This document shows, in pieces, positions 27,800 to 38,000 of a stretch of DNA of 64,000 nt. The stretch comes from Candidatus Latescibacterota bacterium (lineage in GTDB: Bacteria > Latescibacterota > UBA2968): the NCBI GenBank assembly GCA_965205975.1, contig OZ242195.1, positions 2,592,001 through 2,656,000 of the forward strand. The letters run 5' to 3'. Position numbers and translations under genes: made by a program. The notes beneath the pieces were generated by a model. The model ran no database searches and was not told the origin of the DNA. It worked only from the letters and a program-made list of their open reading frames with translations. How positions within the stretch are numbered: the first letter of the stretch is position 1; each line of letters starts with the position of its first letter.

Positions 27800-29344
27800 T
27801 CAAACGCGGCGCAGCACCTGACCGGGCAACGCACCTGTGGGTTCCCCATTGGCAATGACGGATTGACCATTGACAAAAACGTGCGAAATACCGACTGGCG
27901 GCAGCGTGGGATTTTCAAAAGTAGATCTCGCAGCCACCGTATCGGGATCAAAAACAACGAGATCAGCGGCCTTGCCCACAGCGAGTTCGCCCCGGTCGGG
28001 AATATTGAAACGCCGCGCGGGAAAACCGCTCATCTTGTAGATCGCCTCCTCAAAGGTCAGCACCTCGCGCTCGCGCACAAAATGACCCAGCACGCGCGCA
28101 AAACACCCAAAACCTCGCGGATGCGGATGCGGAATATTAAAAATACCGTCGCTGGCAATCATCATACGCGGATGAGTGGCTGTACGCGTCACGGTCTGCG
28201 CGGCTACTTCGGGATCAACCTGCCACGGAAAAATAACAGCATGGGATTCGCGCTCCTGAAAAATCAGATCGTAGGCAAAATCTTCGATAGATATATTTGC
28301 CCGAGCCGCGAGATCGCTCAGGCGTTCTCCCGTGTACCTGCCCGAGCCAGTATAACCAACAATCTGATCGCCGCGCCCGAGCCATGTTTTGAGTTCGGCG
28401 ACGGACTCAGCGCGAATTTCTGGGTCTTCAAGGCACGCATTGACCTCATCCGGGCTACCGACCTGGAACTTCATAGGCAACATCATATACAAATGCGTCA
28501 TCCCGGCCGGATAGAGATAAGATTCAAAAGTCAGATCGATATTTTCGCGCTCAATTCTATCCAGCAAATCGGCATTCTCGTCGTTGACCCGCTCGTGCGA
28601 GATATGAACCGGGATATTTGCAGCGCGGGAAAGCGCGATAGTCTCTTCCCATGCAGCAACGCGCCCAATCGTGTGATAGCGCACATGAGCCGCGTAAATA
28701 CCTCCGTATTCTGCCGTAACTTTGCAAAGCGCAACAAGCTCCCGAAAATCCGCATTGGCACTCGGCTGATAATCGAGACCCAAATTGAGCGCACCTGCCC
28801 CCGCTTCCATCCATTGGCGCGTGAGATCCGCCATCTGTGCAATCTCATCATCTGTTGCCGGTCGCGCATCCCACCCACATGCAGACAGGCGAACCGCGCA
28901 ATGCGGAACTTGTGGATACACATTTGCCGCGCTGTTATTCGAAAAAAGACTCAAATAATCCTCAGGCGTTTGCCAGCCAATCGGGATATCGACCTCGCCA
29001 ACGGAAAAGCGCGTATAGGTCCACAATTCGCGCGTGCGCTCGGGCGACAGCCCCGTCCACCCAAACCCATCGGGCGTCAAAAGCTGCGTCGTAATACCCT
29101 GCTGCACTTCCGCATAGCGATGAACACCCGTGAGAAGGGCAATCTCCGAATGAACATGCACATCGATAAAACCGGGACAGACGATATGTCCCGTCGCATC
29201 GATAACCGTATCGGCCTCTGCTTGAGACAAATCTCCAATGGCCTCAATGCGATCCCCGCAAATGCCGACATCTGCCTGAAAACCGGGCGTTCGCCCTGTG
29301 CCGTCAATTACTGTGCTATTGCGAATAATGAGATCGAAAGTCAC
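27800..29344 (-). CDS. N-acyl-D-amino-acid deacylase-family amidohydrolase
   Basis: PGFIDVHVH, HISH, ASDG, HPRGFG and ADLVVFDP motifs. Confidence 0.88.
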   Translation of the reverse strand: MTFDLIIRNSTVIDGTGRTPGFQADVGICGDRIEAIGDLSQAEADTVIDATGHIVCPGFIDVHVHSEIALLTGVHRYAEVQQGITTQLLTPDGFGWTGLSPERTRELWTYTRFSVGEVDIPIGWQTPEDYLSLFSNNSAANVYPQVPHCAVRLSACGWDARPATDDEIAQMADLTRQWMEAGAGALNLGLDYQPSANADFRELVALCKVTAEYGGIYAAHVRYHTIGRVAAWEETIALSRAANIPVHISHERVNDENADLLDRIERENIDLTFESYLYPAGMTHLYMMLPMKFQVGSPDEVNACLEDPEIRAESVAELKTWLGRGDQIVGYTGSGRYTGERLSDLAARANISIEDFAYDLIFQERESHAVIFPWQVDPEVAAQTVTRTATHPRMMIASDGIFNIPHPHPRGFGCFARVLGHFVREREVLTFEEAIYKMSGFPARRFNIPDRGELAVGKAADLVVFDPDTVAARSTFENPTLPPVGISHVFVNGQSVIANGEPTGALPGQVLRRV

Positions 29345-29347
29345 TTT

Positions 29348-31276
29348 TTACCACCTGTTGAGTTTGTGCCCATTGCCCGGGAAAAAAAGCGCATCTACAA
29401 CAACACCCAATGCAATACCGGCAATTTGACCAGCCAGCATACCCAGAAACAAAGGCGCGATTTTGCGATAGTGTTCAAGACCGCCAAATTTGAGGATGAG
29501 CGTTTTGATCGCCCAGCTAAAAAAAATAGAAAATAAGCTACTCCGCAAGACGCCCGACGATGAAATCGTAAACCCAATCGGATGAAGCGGAAAGTGGGGA
29601 AAACGATAGCGAATATAGAGCAAAATACCTGTAAAAGCAGCACCAATACCCAAAAAACGCACGCGATTCCAGTCCGTACTCATCGTCCCGGCGTGTACGC
29701 GGTTGGCGGTATAAGTCCACGAACCCACGGCACCGTCACCAGACCCATTAAAACTAACCACCCCAAAATTATAGCTACCAATACCGTAATAACCCTGATA
29801 CAGGGTAAAAGCAATAACAGTGGTCGCGCCGATCAAGGCACCAGCGGCAATCGCGGGAACAAAAGCGCGGCGGCGCTCGGTGGGCACACCCGCGGCCAGA
29901 CGCGGGACATGTGCAAGCGTTGTAATCGCAAATGTCTTGGCATCGCAAAAAAATGTATAAGTCAGCCCCAGTGCAACCGCACTCGGTGCCCCCATACCCG
30001 CAATACCCAGTACGTGCCAGGTAAATGCCTGAGCAGTAATAGGACCGCGCAAAAAAACCAGACCGCTTTCGGCAATAATATGCGAAAGGCCGAGATAGAG
30101 AATCAGCGTAGCACCCCAAAAGGTGAGTAAAGTAACGGCATTCATACCCGATTGCACGAGAAAAAAGATCGTGTACACACTGCACAAGAGCAAAATAATA
30201 AATGCCGTACGATAGGACAAAAGTTCTCCCGCATCATCTATCTGCGCGTTGCGAGACCACACCTTGTGCCAAACATCGCGCAAATGTGCGCGCGCCATCC
30301 ACAGCCCCCACAGAACGAGAATAATAAACCCCCCAAAACTCTGCCACCCAATAGCAGGTGCCATAGAACACCACATATCGGAACCGCCAAAATCCAACCC
30401 AAAACGATTGAAAATACCAACCTGAAGAATGGCGAGCAGGTGAAAAAACCAGATGCTGTACAACACATCTGATTTCGTGAAATAGGCAAATGCAATCGTC
30501 ATCGGCTGAAACAGAAACCACAGTGGAGGAAAACCCCGACCAATAGGGATATTGATCTGCCTCATAACATCCAGACGGGGCAAAGCCGTAATGAACCATG
30601 AGGCGACATTCCAGCAAAAAACGCCAAAAATGAGTGCAAATCCAATCTGAAAAAAGCGCGAGCGAATAAGATTGGCAAACGCATCTTTCGAATCACCCGT
30701 ACCCGTCAGTTCGAGAAGTGCCGTAGCAATGGGAAAAGAGAGCCGTTCGTGCTCCATCCACTGTTTGCGTAAAAGAATAACCACACAGAAATTGGCGAGA
30801 AATACAGCACCCAAAAAAAGGATCCAGCCGGGAAAAAGCGCGATCCACGCATCCCAGGGAAAAGGGGTACCGGGCGGTAGCCCTTCGTAAAACCCCGTAG
30901 CCGCAGCGCGGTCTGTCAGCACATTCCAATCGGTAAAATGTGGCCACAGCCTTTCATCCCACATATTCTGCGTTGAAGCAAAATAAATAGGCGCAGTAAC
31001 AACACCGAGAAAATAACCCGAAAGCCACTCGCCTTGCATATTGGCAGCCACCATGCCAATGCTACATATCGCGATAAGTTCAAAGGATGAGAGGCCCTTA
31101 AATCTATGCGAAAAGACGTAATTGAAAGCGAGCAAGGCCAAAAAGGGAATGAGAAAAGCCACAGACAAATGGGCAAAATCCGCGCGAGAAGAACGCAGAA
31201 TCAGGCTGCTATACGCAGGCCAAAAATTCACCCAAACAGATAGACAAAGGCCAATGATGATCGCGCGAATGGTCAT
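29348..31276 (-). CDS. Second DUF6785/DUF6784-like membrane protein
   Basis: MTIRAIIIGL, LRKQWMEHERLSFPI, FPLHPIG and FPGNGH motifs; paralogue of the 21153 protein. Confidence 0.78.
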   Translation of the reverse strand: MTIRAIIIGLCLSVWVNFWPAYSSLILRSSRADFAHLSVAFLIPFLALLAFNYVFSHRFKGLSSFELIAICSIGMVAANMQGEWLSGYFLGVVTAPIYFASTQNMWDERLWPHFTDWNVLTDRAAATGFYEGLPPGTPFPWDAWIALFPGWILFLGAVFLANFCVVILLRKQWMEHERLSFPIATALLELTGTGDSKDAFANLIRSRFFQIGFALIFGVFCWNVASWFITALPRLDVMRQINIPIGRGFPPLWFLFQPMTIAFAYFTKSDVLYSIWFFHLLAILQVGIFNRFGLDFGGSDMWCSMAPAIGWQSFGGFIILVLWGLWMARAHLRDVWHKVWSRNAQIDDAGELLSYRTAFIILLLCSVYTIFFLVQSGMNAVTLLTFWGATLILYLGLSHIIAESGLVFLRGPITAQAFTWHVLGIAGMGAPSAVALGLTYTFFCDAKTFAITTLAHVPRLAAGVPTERRRAFVPAIAAGALIGATTVIAFTLYQGYYGIGSYNFGVVSFNGSGDGAVGSWTYTANRVHAGTMSTDWNRVRFLGIGAAFTGILLYIRYRFPHFPLHPIGFTISSSGVLRSSLFSIFFSWAIKTLILKFGGLEHYRKIAPLFLGMLAGQIAGIALGVVVDALFFPGNGHKLNRW

Positions 31277-31318
31277 AGGACACCGAAATATGGAAAATAA
31301 ACAAAAAACCGGGCGTCC

Positions 31319-31347
31319 ATAATAACACCGAGAACCGTCTCGGTCAA
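31319..31347 (-). promoter_or_regulatory. Sigma70-like promoter of the leftward operon with palindromic operator
   Basis: TTGACC-17 bp-TATTAT on the minus strand; ACCGAGA-N4-TCTCGGT at 31327-31344. Confidence 0.65.
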
Positions 31348-31380
31348 GCTGCGTACTATTATTATTCCCATTCCGACACC

Positions 31381-31409
31381 TTGACATGAGAGAAATGGCG
31401 ACTTATCAT
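31381..31409 (+). promoter_or_regulatory. Sigma70-like promoter of the rightward operon
   Basis: TTGACA-17 bp-TATCAT. Confidence 0.7.
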
Positions 31410-31424
31410 GAGCGTTCAAAACGC

Positions 31425-31601
31425 GAATAGACGAATAGACGAATAGACGAATAGACGAACCCCACCCTACCACCCAACGGGCGGGCACAGGGGCACCGCC
31501 CCTACATTGATGAACTGTCCCGAACCAGTTGTACCCCGCTCCGTTGATTCGCTGATGAACTGGCCTGAGAGGCGGCCAGTTGTACCCCGTTCCGCTGATT
31601 C
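31425..31601. repeat. Composite octamer element C interrupted by a REP and two hairpin mini-elements
   Basis: (GAATAGAC)x4, partial core, REP 31479-31505, TGAACTG units at 31511 and 31556, GYTGATTC remnants. Confidence 0.8.
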
Positions 31602-31619
31602 ATTCAGCCGAGGCTTATT

Positions 31620-32399
31620 ATGCACCAGACTTTCTCAGGCATCCTGGAAGAAATGACCATAGACGACGTGCGATCACTCGCGCCCAATGTAGCGGTCATC
31701 CCCATAGGCTCCACCGAACCGCACGGACCTGCATTGCCCTATGGAACGGACAACTTTCAGGTCGAATACGTCGCTTACGGCGGCACGCGCAAAGCCAATG
31801 AAATGGGCGGGCGCGTCGTGTGTTTACCCACGCAGCGGGTGAGCTTAAACAACAACTTCCGCGCTTTCCCATTCGCCTGCCGCATGCAAGTCCCCACATT
31901 TATGAACCTGTTGAAAGACCTGGTCGCAATGTGCCGCGCGGAAAATGTACACCGCATTGTATTCATCAATGGTCACGGCGGCAATCCCGACGCCATCCGC
32001 GCAACACAGCGCGATTTAGCCGCACAAGATAACCTCTTCACATGCTTGATCAGCACGGGATCCTGTGCATCGGAAGACGCAAAAGCCTTATGGGAAAATC
32101 GCAGCGATCACGCAGGCGAAGAAGAAACCTCCCAAATCCTGTTCTTGCGCCCCGAACTCGTGCGCGAAGATCTGATAGCCAACAATCCCCCCCAATATCC
32201 CAAATTGAAAACACTACGGGAATTTGACATCCACTTTGTGCGTCCCTGGCACTTGTATTTGCCCACATCCGCTGGCGGCGATGCCCGAAAAGCCTCAGCG
32301 CAAAAAGGTGAAACAGTCTTAAACTCAGCCGTGGAAGGAACCGGGCGATTCCTTGCTGAACTATCACAGGCAGAGGATTCAGAGACATTTCCTTATTGA
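31620..32399 (+). CDS. Creatininase-family amidohydrolase
   Basis: PIGSTEPHG-LPYGTD, NGHGGN and DHAGEEETS motifs. Confidence 0.88.
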   Translation: MHQTFSGILEEMTIDDVRSLAPNVAVIPIGSTEPHGPALPYGTDNFQVEYVAYGGTRKANEMGGRVVCLPTQRVSLNNNFRAFPFACRMQVPTFMNLLKDLVAMCRAENVHRIVFINGHGGNPDAIRATQRDLAAQDNLFTCLISTGSCASEDAKALWENRSDHAGEEETSQILFLRPELVREDLIANNPPQYPKLKTLREFDIHFVRPWHLYLPTSAGGDARKASAQKGETVLNSAVEGTGRFLAELSQAEDSETFPY

Positions 32400-32411
32400 A
32401 AGGACCACAGC

Positions 32412-33500
32412 ATGATCACCTACGACACACTCGGCGTAAAACCATTTATCAACGCGAGTGGTACCATTACCACACTCGGCGGTAGCTTAATGTCAGATGA
32501 AGTACTGGAGGCGATGTGCGCGGCGGGAGGATCATTTGTCGATTTGAACGACCTGCTCGTAAAAGCAGGCGAATATCTGGCAGACCGCATTGGCGTACCT
32601 GCGGCCTTTATCTCGTGTGGTGCAGCCAGCGGTGTACAATTGTCCGCCGCGGCGTGTTTGACAGGACCTGACATATCAAAAGCGCGCCAGTTGCCGCACA
32701 CACAGGGATGGCAAAACGAATTTGTAATCAGCCTGGTCGATAGCCATACGTACATCCATCAGGGCATTGAAGTCTGCGGTGGCAAACTCGTGCGAGTAGG
32801 CAGCAAACAAGCGGTAACAAGTGAAGACCTCATTGGCGGAATCGGTGAAAAAACAGCGGCTGTGGTACATTTTTTGGGCAAACAGAGCAAAGAACAACTC
32901 GCAGAAGTCATCGCCAGCGCCGAAAAAAAAGACGTGCCCGTCATGGTAGATGCGGCGGCACAGTTGCCTCCTCGCTCAAACTTAACCGAACTCGTCGAAA
33001 TGGGTGCGAGCCTGGTGACATTCAGCGGAGGCAAGGGATTGTGCGGGCCTCAAAACAGCGGTCTGGTCGTGGGCAAAGAGGATTATGTAGAAGCCGTGCG
33101 GATCAATGCAAGTCCCCACTCGGCAATTGGACGCGGCATGAAAGTCGGCAAAGAAGAAATCCTGGGATTAATCGCGGCTATAGATCTGTTTTTGAGCCGA
33201 AGCGATAATGAAGACTGCCAGCGATGGCACGGGCAAGCTCGCGTCGTGGTAGATGCAGTCAAAAACATCGCAAACGCCTATGTGATGACCGAAGGACAGG
33301 ATGCCGCGCCCGAATTTGCGCCCCGTGCATACATAGACCTGCCGGATGAACAGCGCGACGCCGTAATCCACGCGCTACGAGAAGGCGAACCATCAATTGT
33401 CGTGCGCCGAAGTCCCAGAGGTATTTTGATCGACCCCATGACCATGCAAATGGGTGAAGAAGCCATAGTCGCAGAAAAATTGCTGGAGGTATTGACATGA
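32412..33500 (+). CDS. SelA-like/DgaE-family PLP-dependent enzyme
   Basis: INASGTIT-LGG, VDAAAQ, FSGGK (PLP Lys) and GRGMKVGKEEI motifs. Confidence 0.85.
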   Translation: MITYDTLGVKPFINASGTITTLGGSLMSDEVLEAMCAAGGSFVDLNDLLVKAGEYLADRIGVPAAFISCGAASGVQLSAAACLTGPDISKARQLPHTQGWQNEFVISLVDSHTYIHQGIEVCGGKLVRVGSKQAVTSEDLIGGIGEKTAAVVHFLGKQSKEQLAEVIASAEKKDVPVMVDAAAQLPPRSNLTELVEMGASLVTFSGGKGLCGPQNSGLVVGKEDYVEAVRINASPHSAIGRGMKVGKEEILGLIAAIDLFLSRSDNEDCQRWHGQARVVVDAVKNIANAYVMTEGQDAAPEFAPRAYIDLPDEQRDAVIHALREGEPSIVVRRSPRGILIDPMTMQMGEEAIVAEKLLEVLT

Positions 33501-34324
33501 TCGACGCGCATTTACACCTCACGCACAACGGCAGATCGGTTGAAGAAACCATCACGCATATCAAAGCTATCGGCGCGGAAAAAGCCGTCATGCTACCCAT
33601 TGAAGATGGCGACGACGAGTTTGGCTGGATGACCGAAGACATAGTAAAGGCGCATCGGGATTATCCCGATACCATCATCCCCTTCTGCCATGTAGATGTC
33701 ACGCGGGAAGACGCCGTGGCCGAACTGGAAAAACGCGCCGCCAGCGGCATATTTAAGGGCTATGGCGAACAAAAACAGCACCTGCGATTGGACGATCCGC
33801 GATTGGAAAAAGTACTGGCAATCTGCAATGAATTGAACTGGCCCGTAACCTGGCATTTTCAAGAAGGCGAGCGGGGATATAACCAGGGAATTGAACACCT
33901 CGAAGTGCTCCTGAAAAAATTCCCCAATATTAAATTCATCGGCCACGCCCAATCGTGGTGGGCGCATATCAGCGCCGACGTACCCGCCCCCGAAGAGACC
34001 CTGTATCCCACGGGCGAGGTCAAACCCGGGGGCTTAATAGATCGGCTATTGGCAGACTACCCCAATATGTTTGCCGATTTATCCGCGGGTTCGGGTCTGG
34101 GCGGCCTGACGCGGGACGAGGATTTTACCGCGGAATTCCTGGCGCGGCATGGCAAAAAATTGATGTTTGCCACAGATTGTCCGTGCAGGGATGGCAAAGG
34201 TGCGGGCCTCTCCCGCGGCGCGTGTTTCGCGCAATTGAGTCTCCCATTCCTCAACCGCATGCTCTCCCCCAACGCACTGGAAGATATCTTGCACAACAAT
34301 GCGGTGAGGATTTTAAACCTGTGA
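33497..34324 (+). CDS. Amidohydrolase-family protein
   Basis: IDAHLH, GE-K, FIGHA, ADLSAGSG and FATD motifs. Confidence 0.85.
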   Translation: MIDAHLHLTHNGRSVEETITHIKAIGAEKAVMLPIEDGDDEFGWMTEDIVKAHRDYPDTIIPFCHVDVTREDAVAELEKRAASGIFKGYGEQKQHLRLDDPRLEKVLAICNELNWPVTWHFQEGERGYNQGIEHLEVLLKKFPNIKFIGHAQSWWAHISADVPAPEETLYPTGEVKPGGLIDRLLADYPNMFADLSAGSGLGGLTRDEDFTAEFLARHGKKLMFATDCPCRDGKGAGLSRGACFAQLSLPFLNRMLSPNALEDILHNNAVRILNL

Positions 34325-34358
34325 GAACCAGACTATCATAATTGAACGGGAGGAGACC

Positions 34359-35177
34359 GTGCGAATCGATTCTCACGTACACGTATGGACAATGGGGACA
34401 CCGCCGTTTACCCATAACGATGGCATGACCACGCAACGGCCCGATTATCCGGGACTGGTGGAAAATCTCATCAAGTATATGGATCTCAATAAAATCGATC
34501 GCACCGTGCTGATCCAGTGCATGTATCACGGGTATGACAATCGCTATATGTGCGATTGTTTGAGGCGATTTCCAGATCGCCTGCACGGGGTGGCACTAAT
34601 CGATCCCCTGAAACCCGACGCGCCCGAAACACTGGCACGTCTGCACCGGGATCACGGGGTGCAGGGAATGCGATTGTATCCGATTAAAGATCGAGATGCG
34701 TCGTGGTTGTCAGATCCTGGGCAGCATGCGCTTTGGGAGACGGCACAAAGGCTGGGCGTGCCGTTTACATGGTTTGGACGCTGCCATCAGATTCCACTGC
34801 TGGAACCGATGTTGCAGCAATTTCCCGAGGTAAATGTGATAGTAGATCATCTGGGCGAGCCGATCCTGTCCGAGGGGATAGACGGCAGTTTCGGGATTTT
34901 GCTGGCAGCGGCAAAATACCCCAATCTCTTTGTTAAAGCGACCCGGATTGATGGGATTTCCGAACAACCCTGGCCACACGAGGATGTGTATCCCTATGTC
35001 AGAGCCGTGTACGAGGCTTTTGGGCCAGAACGGATGCTGGGGTGTACGGGATTTCCGGAGAATCCGCAGCGCGGAGAGGCCGTTGGTTTTCGCGTGGTTG
35101 AAGCGATGGATTTTCTGTCGGATGAAGACAAAGCATGGATTTTGGGCAAGACAGCCGATGCACTCTATGGCACATAA
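34359..35177 (+). CDS. Amidohydrolase-family protein (L-fuconolactonase-like)
   Basis: IDSHVHVW, G-R, VDHLG and AFGPERM motifs. Confidence 0.82.
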   Translation: MRIDSHVHVWTMGTPPFTHNDGMTTQRPDYPGLVENLIKYMDLNKIDRTVLIQCMYHGYDNRYMCDCLRRFPDRLHGVALIDPLKPDAPETLARLHRDHGVQGMRLYPIKDRDASWLSDPGQHALWETAQRLGVPFTWFGRCHQIPLLEPMLQQFPEVNVIVDHLGEPILSEGIDGSFGILLAAAKYPNLFVKATRIDGISEQPWPHEDVYPYVRAVYEAFGPERMLGCTGFPENPQRGEAVGFRVVEAMDFLSDEDKAWILGKTADALYGT

Positions 35178-35190
35178 GGGAAAGGCCGAA

Positions 35191-37983
35191 ATGTACAACT
35201 CCCAGGATATCGAAAACGCCCGGCAAAATCTATCTCGCTACAGCTGGGCACAGGAAATCGTGAATGGTTGGGCGCAAAGCGTTGTATTTGCCATGCAGCA
35301 AAATCGAGCGTTTTTCGAAACAATGATCCCCGAATTAACCCCCGGCACGCATTACGGCCAGAACTGCCCGAACTGTGTGGGCAAACAATCGCTAATGGGC
35401 GGCGGACTCTTTGACTGGCACATTGACAGCCCGGATGAGATTACCTGTCGCGCCTGTGGCGCAGTTTATCCCAACGCCCAGTATCCAGAGACCGGCTTAC
35501 TGGTATGCCCGCGAATGGATCAACAGTTCACCTATTATGAAACACCTGAAGAAGTGGCCGACCCCGAAAACCGCGCAAAACACGCGCTCAAATGGCTGGG
35601 GGACCGCCCTACAATGACGAGTTTTAGCGGACATATTCGAGATCGCAAAGCAGGCTGGGCGCGAAGCCAGGCATTGACACTCGCCAAGCTGTACGCAGTA
35701 ACAGATGAAATTGGATACGCGGAACGCGCAGTGTGGATCCTCGACCGAGTCGCCCGGGTATTCCCGAATTACCTCTACCATTCCTATGACGGAAGTATTG
35801 CAGACTGGCCACCTGCAGAGGTGGCGGCCAACATGGGCAAAGAAGAGGCCGAAGGTGGCCCTCGTGGGGGACGCTTTCCAAAAGATGCGATCTGCCATGC
35901 TTACGGTTTGCACCAATTTGAGGATTATTCGACACTAAATAACGGATTCTGGGGCGCGGGCCGCATGAATGTCCACGGAAAGGGAAGCGATGCCGGGGCG
36001 CTATTTGTATTAACTGTTGCCTACGATCTAATCCGCAATGCAGAGTACGCGCCTGGTCGCCGATTGCTGGACGGAGATACGGAGCGACGGATAACAGAGG
36101 ACTTAATTCTGGCCGGATGTGCGGACATGATGCACTGGAACTCTCTAAGCAACAAGGGCACAGCGGTTTTTGTGCTAAGCGCTGCGGTAGGAACACTTCT
36201 GGATCACCCGCAGAAAGTGCGGCACGCGCTGGATGGCTTCAATCGGATGCTGGCAGAGCGATATCATCACGATGGTTTTTACTCTGAATCGCCCGCCTAT
36301 TCGGCTCACAACCTTTCCAACGTATATGAACTGGCCGACTTGCTACACGGATATAGCGATCCCCCCGGTTACCAGCCAGAAGCAGGTAAGCGGATCGAGC
36401 AGTTAGACATGTTTTCAAGCGGGCGTTACCCTCTCTCCCTGCTATCTCTGACAAAAATGCTCGCACCCGGCAACCGCATGCCAATAATTGGCGATACGCG
36501 GTACGATACCGAAGCAAATCTCCTCTCCGCTGAAATCCTCGCCGCTCGCCTCGGTGGTGCGTACGCTGGCTTGCTGGAACTCATTCAGGGAGCGCCTTTA
36601 TCCAAAAAAGGCGGAGAATACGCGCTCTGGTACCGTCCTTATGATCTACGGGCAGAGACAGCGACACTACCCCTGCATACCGAGTGGTTCCCCGGCTGGC
36701 ATGTGGGCGTCTTGCGCGGCGGTCGAGATGACACCGCGCTTTATTTAAACGGCAATGAGCACCGGTGGACCTTGCAAACCAGTCACCGGCAGCAAGATAT
36801 CTTGAGCCTGAGCTATTACGCTTATGGGGAAGAACTCGCCTCGGACCGCGGTTATTTTTCCGGCAGTAGCCAGCAACTCCCAGACGGCCGCAGCGGACAA
36901 GTTTGGGTAAAAAGCAGTCTATCGCACAACCTCATAGTAGTCGATGAGGAAGAGCAAAACAACACGGCTTGCGGTTCCAACCTGGAATTATTTGGCACAG
37001 CACCAGGCATTGAAGTTGTACAGGCCTCGGGCGTGAATGTGTACCCCCAGTGCCGAGAATATCGGCGCACCTGCGCGATGGTGACAACGCCGCAGGGACA
37101 AACCTATAGTGTGGATTTTTTTCGGACCAAAGGCGGGCGGATCCATCAATACAATTTCCACTGCAATGGCTCACCAATGGGTATGAACCCGACAACGCCA
37201 TCGCCGCAGACAGTAGCTCTGGGAGACACCTGGGATATGTGGCTCGAAAATCCTCAGGCGATTGCGCCCCAGGGACCGACCACATTTACATGGCAATTTC
37301 GGAGTGTAAATCTGGATCTGATGTTGTTAAATGCACCAGACCGCATTATTCTCGCAGATGCGCCTGGCTGGCGGGTTGGAACACCTGAGGAATTGGAAAA
37401 ACCATCAATCAGACAAATTTTCGCGGAGAACCGCGCTGGGGATGGCAATGAGACACTTGCAAGCCAGTACGCCGCCGTAATTGCGCCCTACGAAACTGGA
37501 GCATCTCCACTACTTAGCGCGCGATTGCTCGCAGATGACCCAGACGCCGGTGTTCTCGCAATTGAAGTAAAACTACCGGACCGCACCGATTATATTATCT
37601 CGACAAAGGACCAAAAAGAGCGACAATTCGGCCCCGTAACCGCTGCCGCTCAATTCGCATTTGTATCGGTAAATGATCAAGGCGTACAGGGCTATTTGCT
37701 GAACGGCACAGTATTGTCGTGTGGCAATCTAAAAATTTCACTAACAGAGCCAAGTACCACACTGAAGGTACAGTCGGTAGAGAAAAATGTATTTCATCTC
37801 GCAGAACCATTACAAAACCCACAGGCAGTCGTCGGCTCTTATTTACTCGCCGGAGAATCACCTCAGACCGGTTTTGAAATTGCATCGGCCACAGAAAACG
37901 CGATTACCGTGCGGGACTATCCCGCGATTATTTGCGACAAAATCAGAATCTTAAATTCCGCCTGGGCGCATGTCGCGTCTTAA
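35191..37983 (+). CDS. Heparinase II/III-family polysaccharide-lyase-like protein
   Basis: 930 aa; helical N-half; ESPAYS, MPIIGD, H-QQD-LSL, DRGY and SHNLIVVD motifs. Confidence 0.8.
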   Translation: MYNSQDIENARQNLSRYSWAQEIVNGWAQSVVFAMQQNRAFFETMIPELTPGTHYGQNCPNCVGKQSLMGGGLFDWHIDSPDEITCRACGAVYPNAQYPETGLLVCPRMDQQFTYYETPEEVADPENRAKHALKWLGDRPTMTSFSGHIRDRKAGWARSQALTLAKLYAVTDEIGYAERAVWILDRVARVFPNYLYHSYDGSIADWPPAEVAANMGKEEAEGGPRGGRFPKDAICHAYGLHQFEDYSTLNNGFWGAGRMNVHGKGSDAGALFVLTVAYDLIRNAEYAPGRRLLDGDTERRITEDLILAGCADMMHWNSLSNKGTAVFVLSAAVGTLLDHPQKVRHALDGFNRMLAERYHHDGFYSESPAYSAHNLSNVYELADLLHGYSDPPGYQPEAGKRIEQLDMFSSGRYPLSLLSLTKMLAPGNRMPIIGDTRYDTEANLLSAEILAARLGGAYAGLLELIQGAPLSKKGGEYALWYRPYDLRAETATLPLHTEWFPGWHVGVLRGGRDDTALYLNGNEHRWTLQTSHRQQDILSLSYYAYGEELASDRGYFSGSSQQLPDGRSGQVWVKSSLSHNLIVVDEEEQNNTACGSNLELFGTAPGIEVVQASGVNVYPQCREYRRTCAMVTTPQGQTYSVDFFRTKGGRIHQYNFHCNGSPMGMNPTTPSPQTVALGDTWDMWLENPQAIAPQGPTTFTWQFRSVNLDLMLLNAPDRIILADAPGWRVGTPEELEKPSIRQIFAENRAGDGNETLASQYAAVIAPYETGASPLLSARLLADDPDAGVLAIEVKLPDRTDYIISTKDQKERQFGPVTAAAQFAFVSVNDQGVQGYLLNGTVLSCGNLKISLTEPSTTLKVQSVEKNVFHLAEPLQNPQAVVGSYLLAGESPQTGFEIASATENAITVRDYPAIICDKIRILNSAWAHVAS

Positions 37984-38000
37984 AATAGGGAGGGAATCAC

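Noticed and set aside
27863..29536. 557-aa plus-strand ORF (similarly 23379-24509, 25123-25935, 9413-10135)
   Set aside because: Antisense to well-supported genes, with no motifs and shadow-like composition
32412..33500. SelA-like gene as the Sec synthase for the selenoprotein
   Set aside because: Short (362 aa), has the GRGMKVGKEE DgaE-type motif, lies in a catabolic operon, and no selB or selC is adjacent
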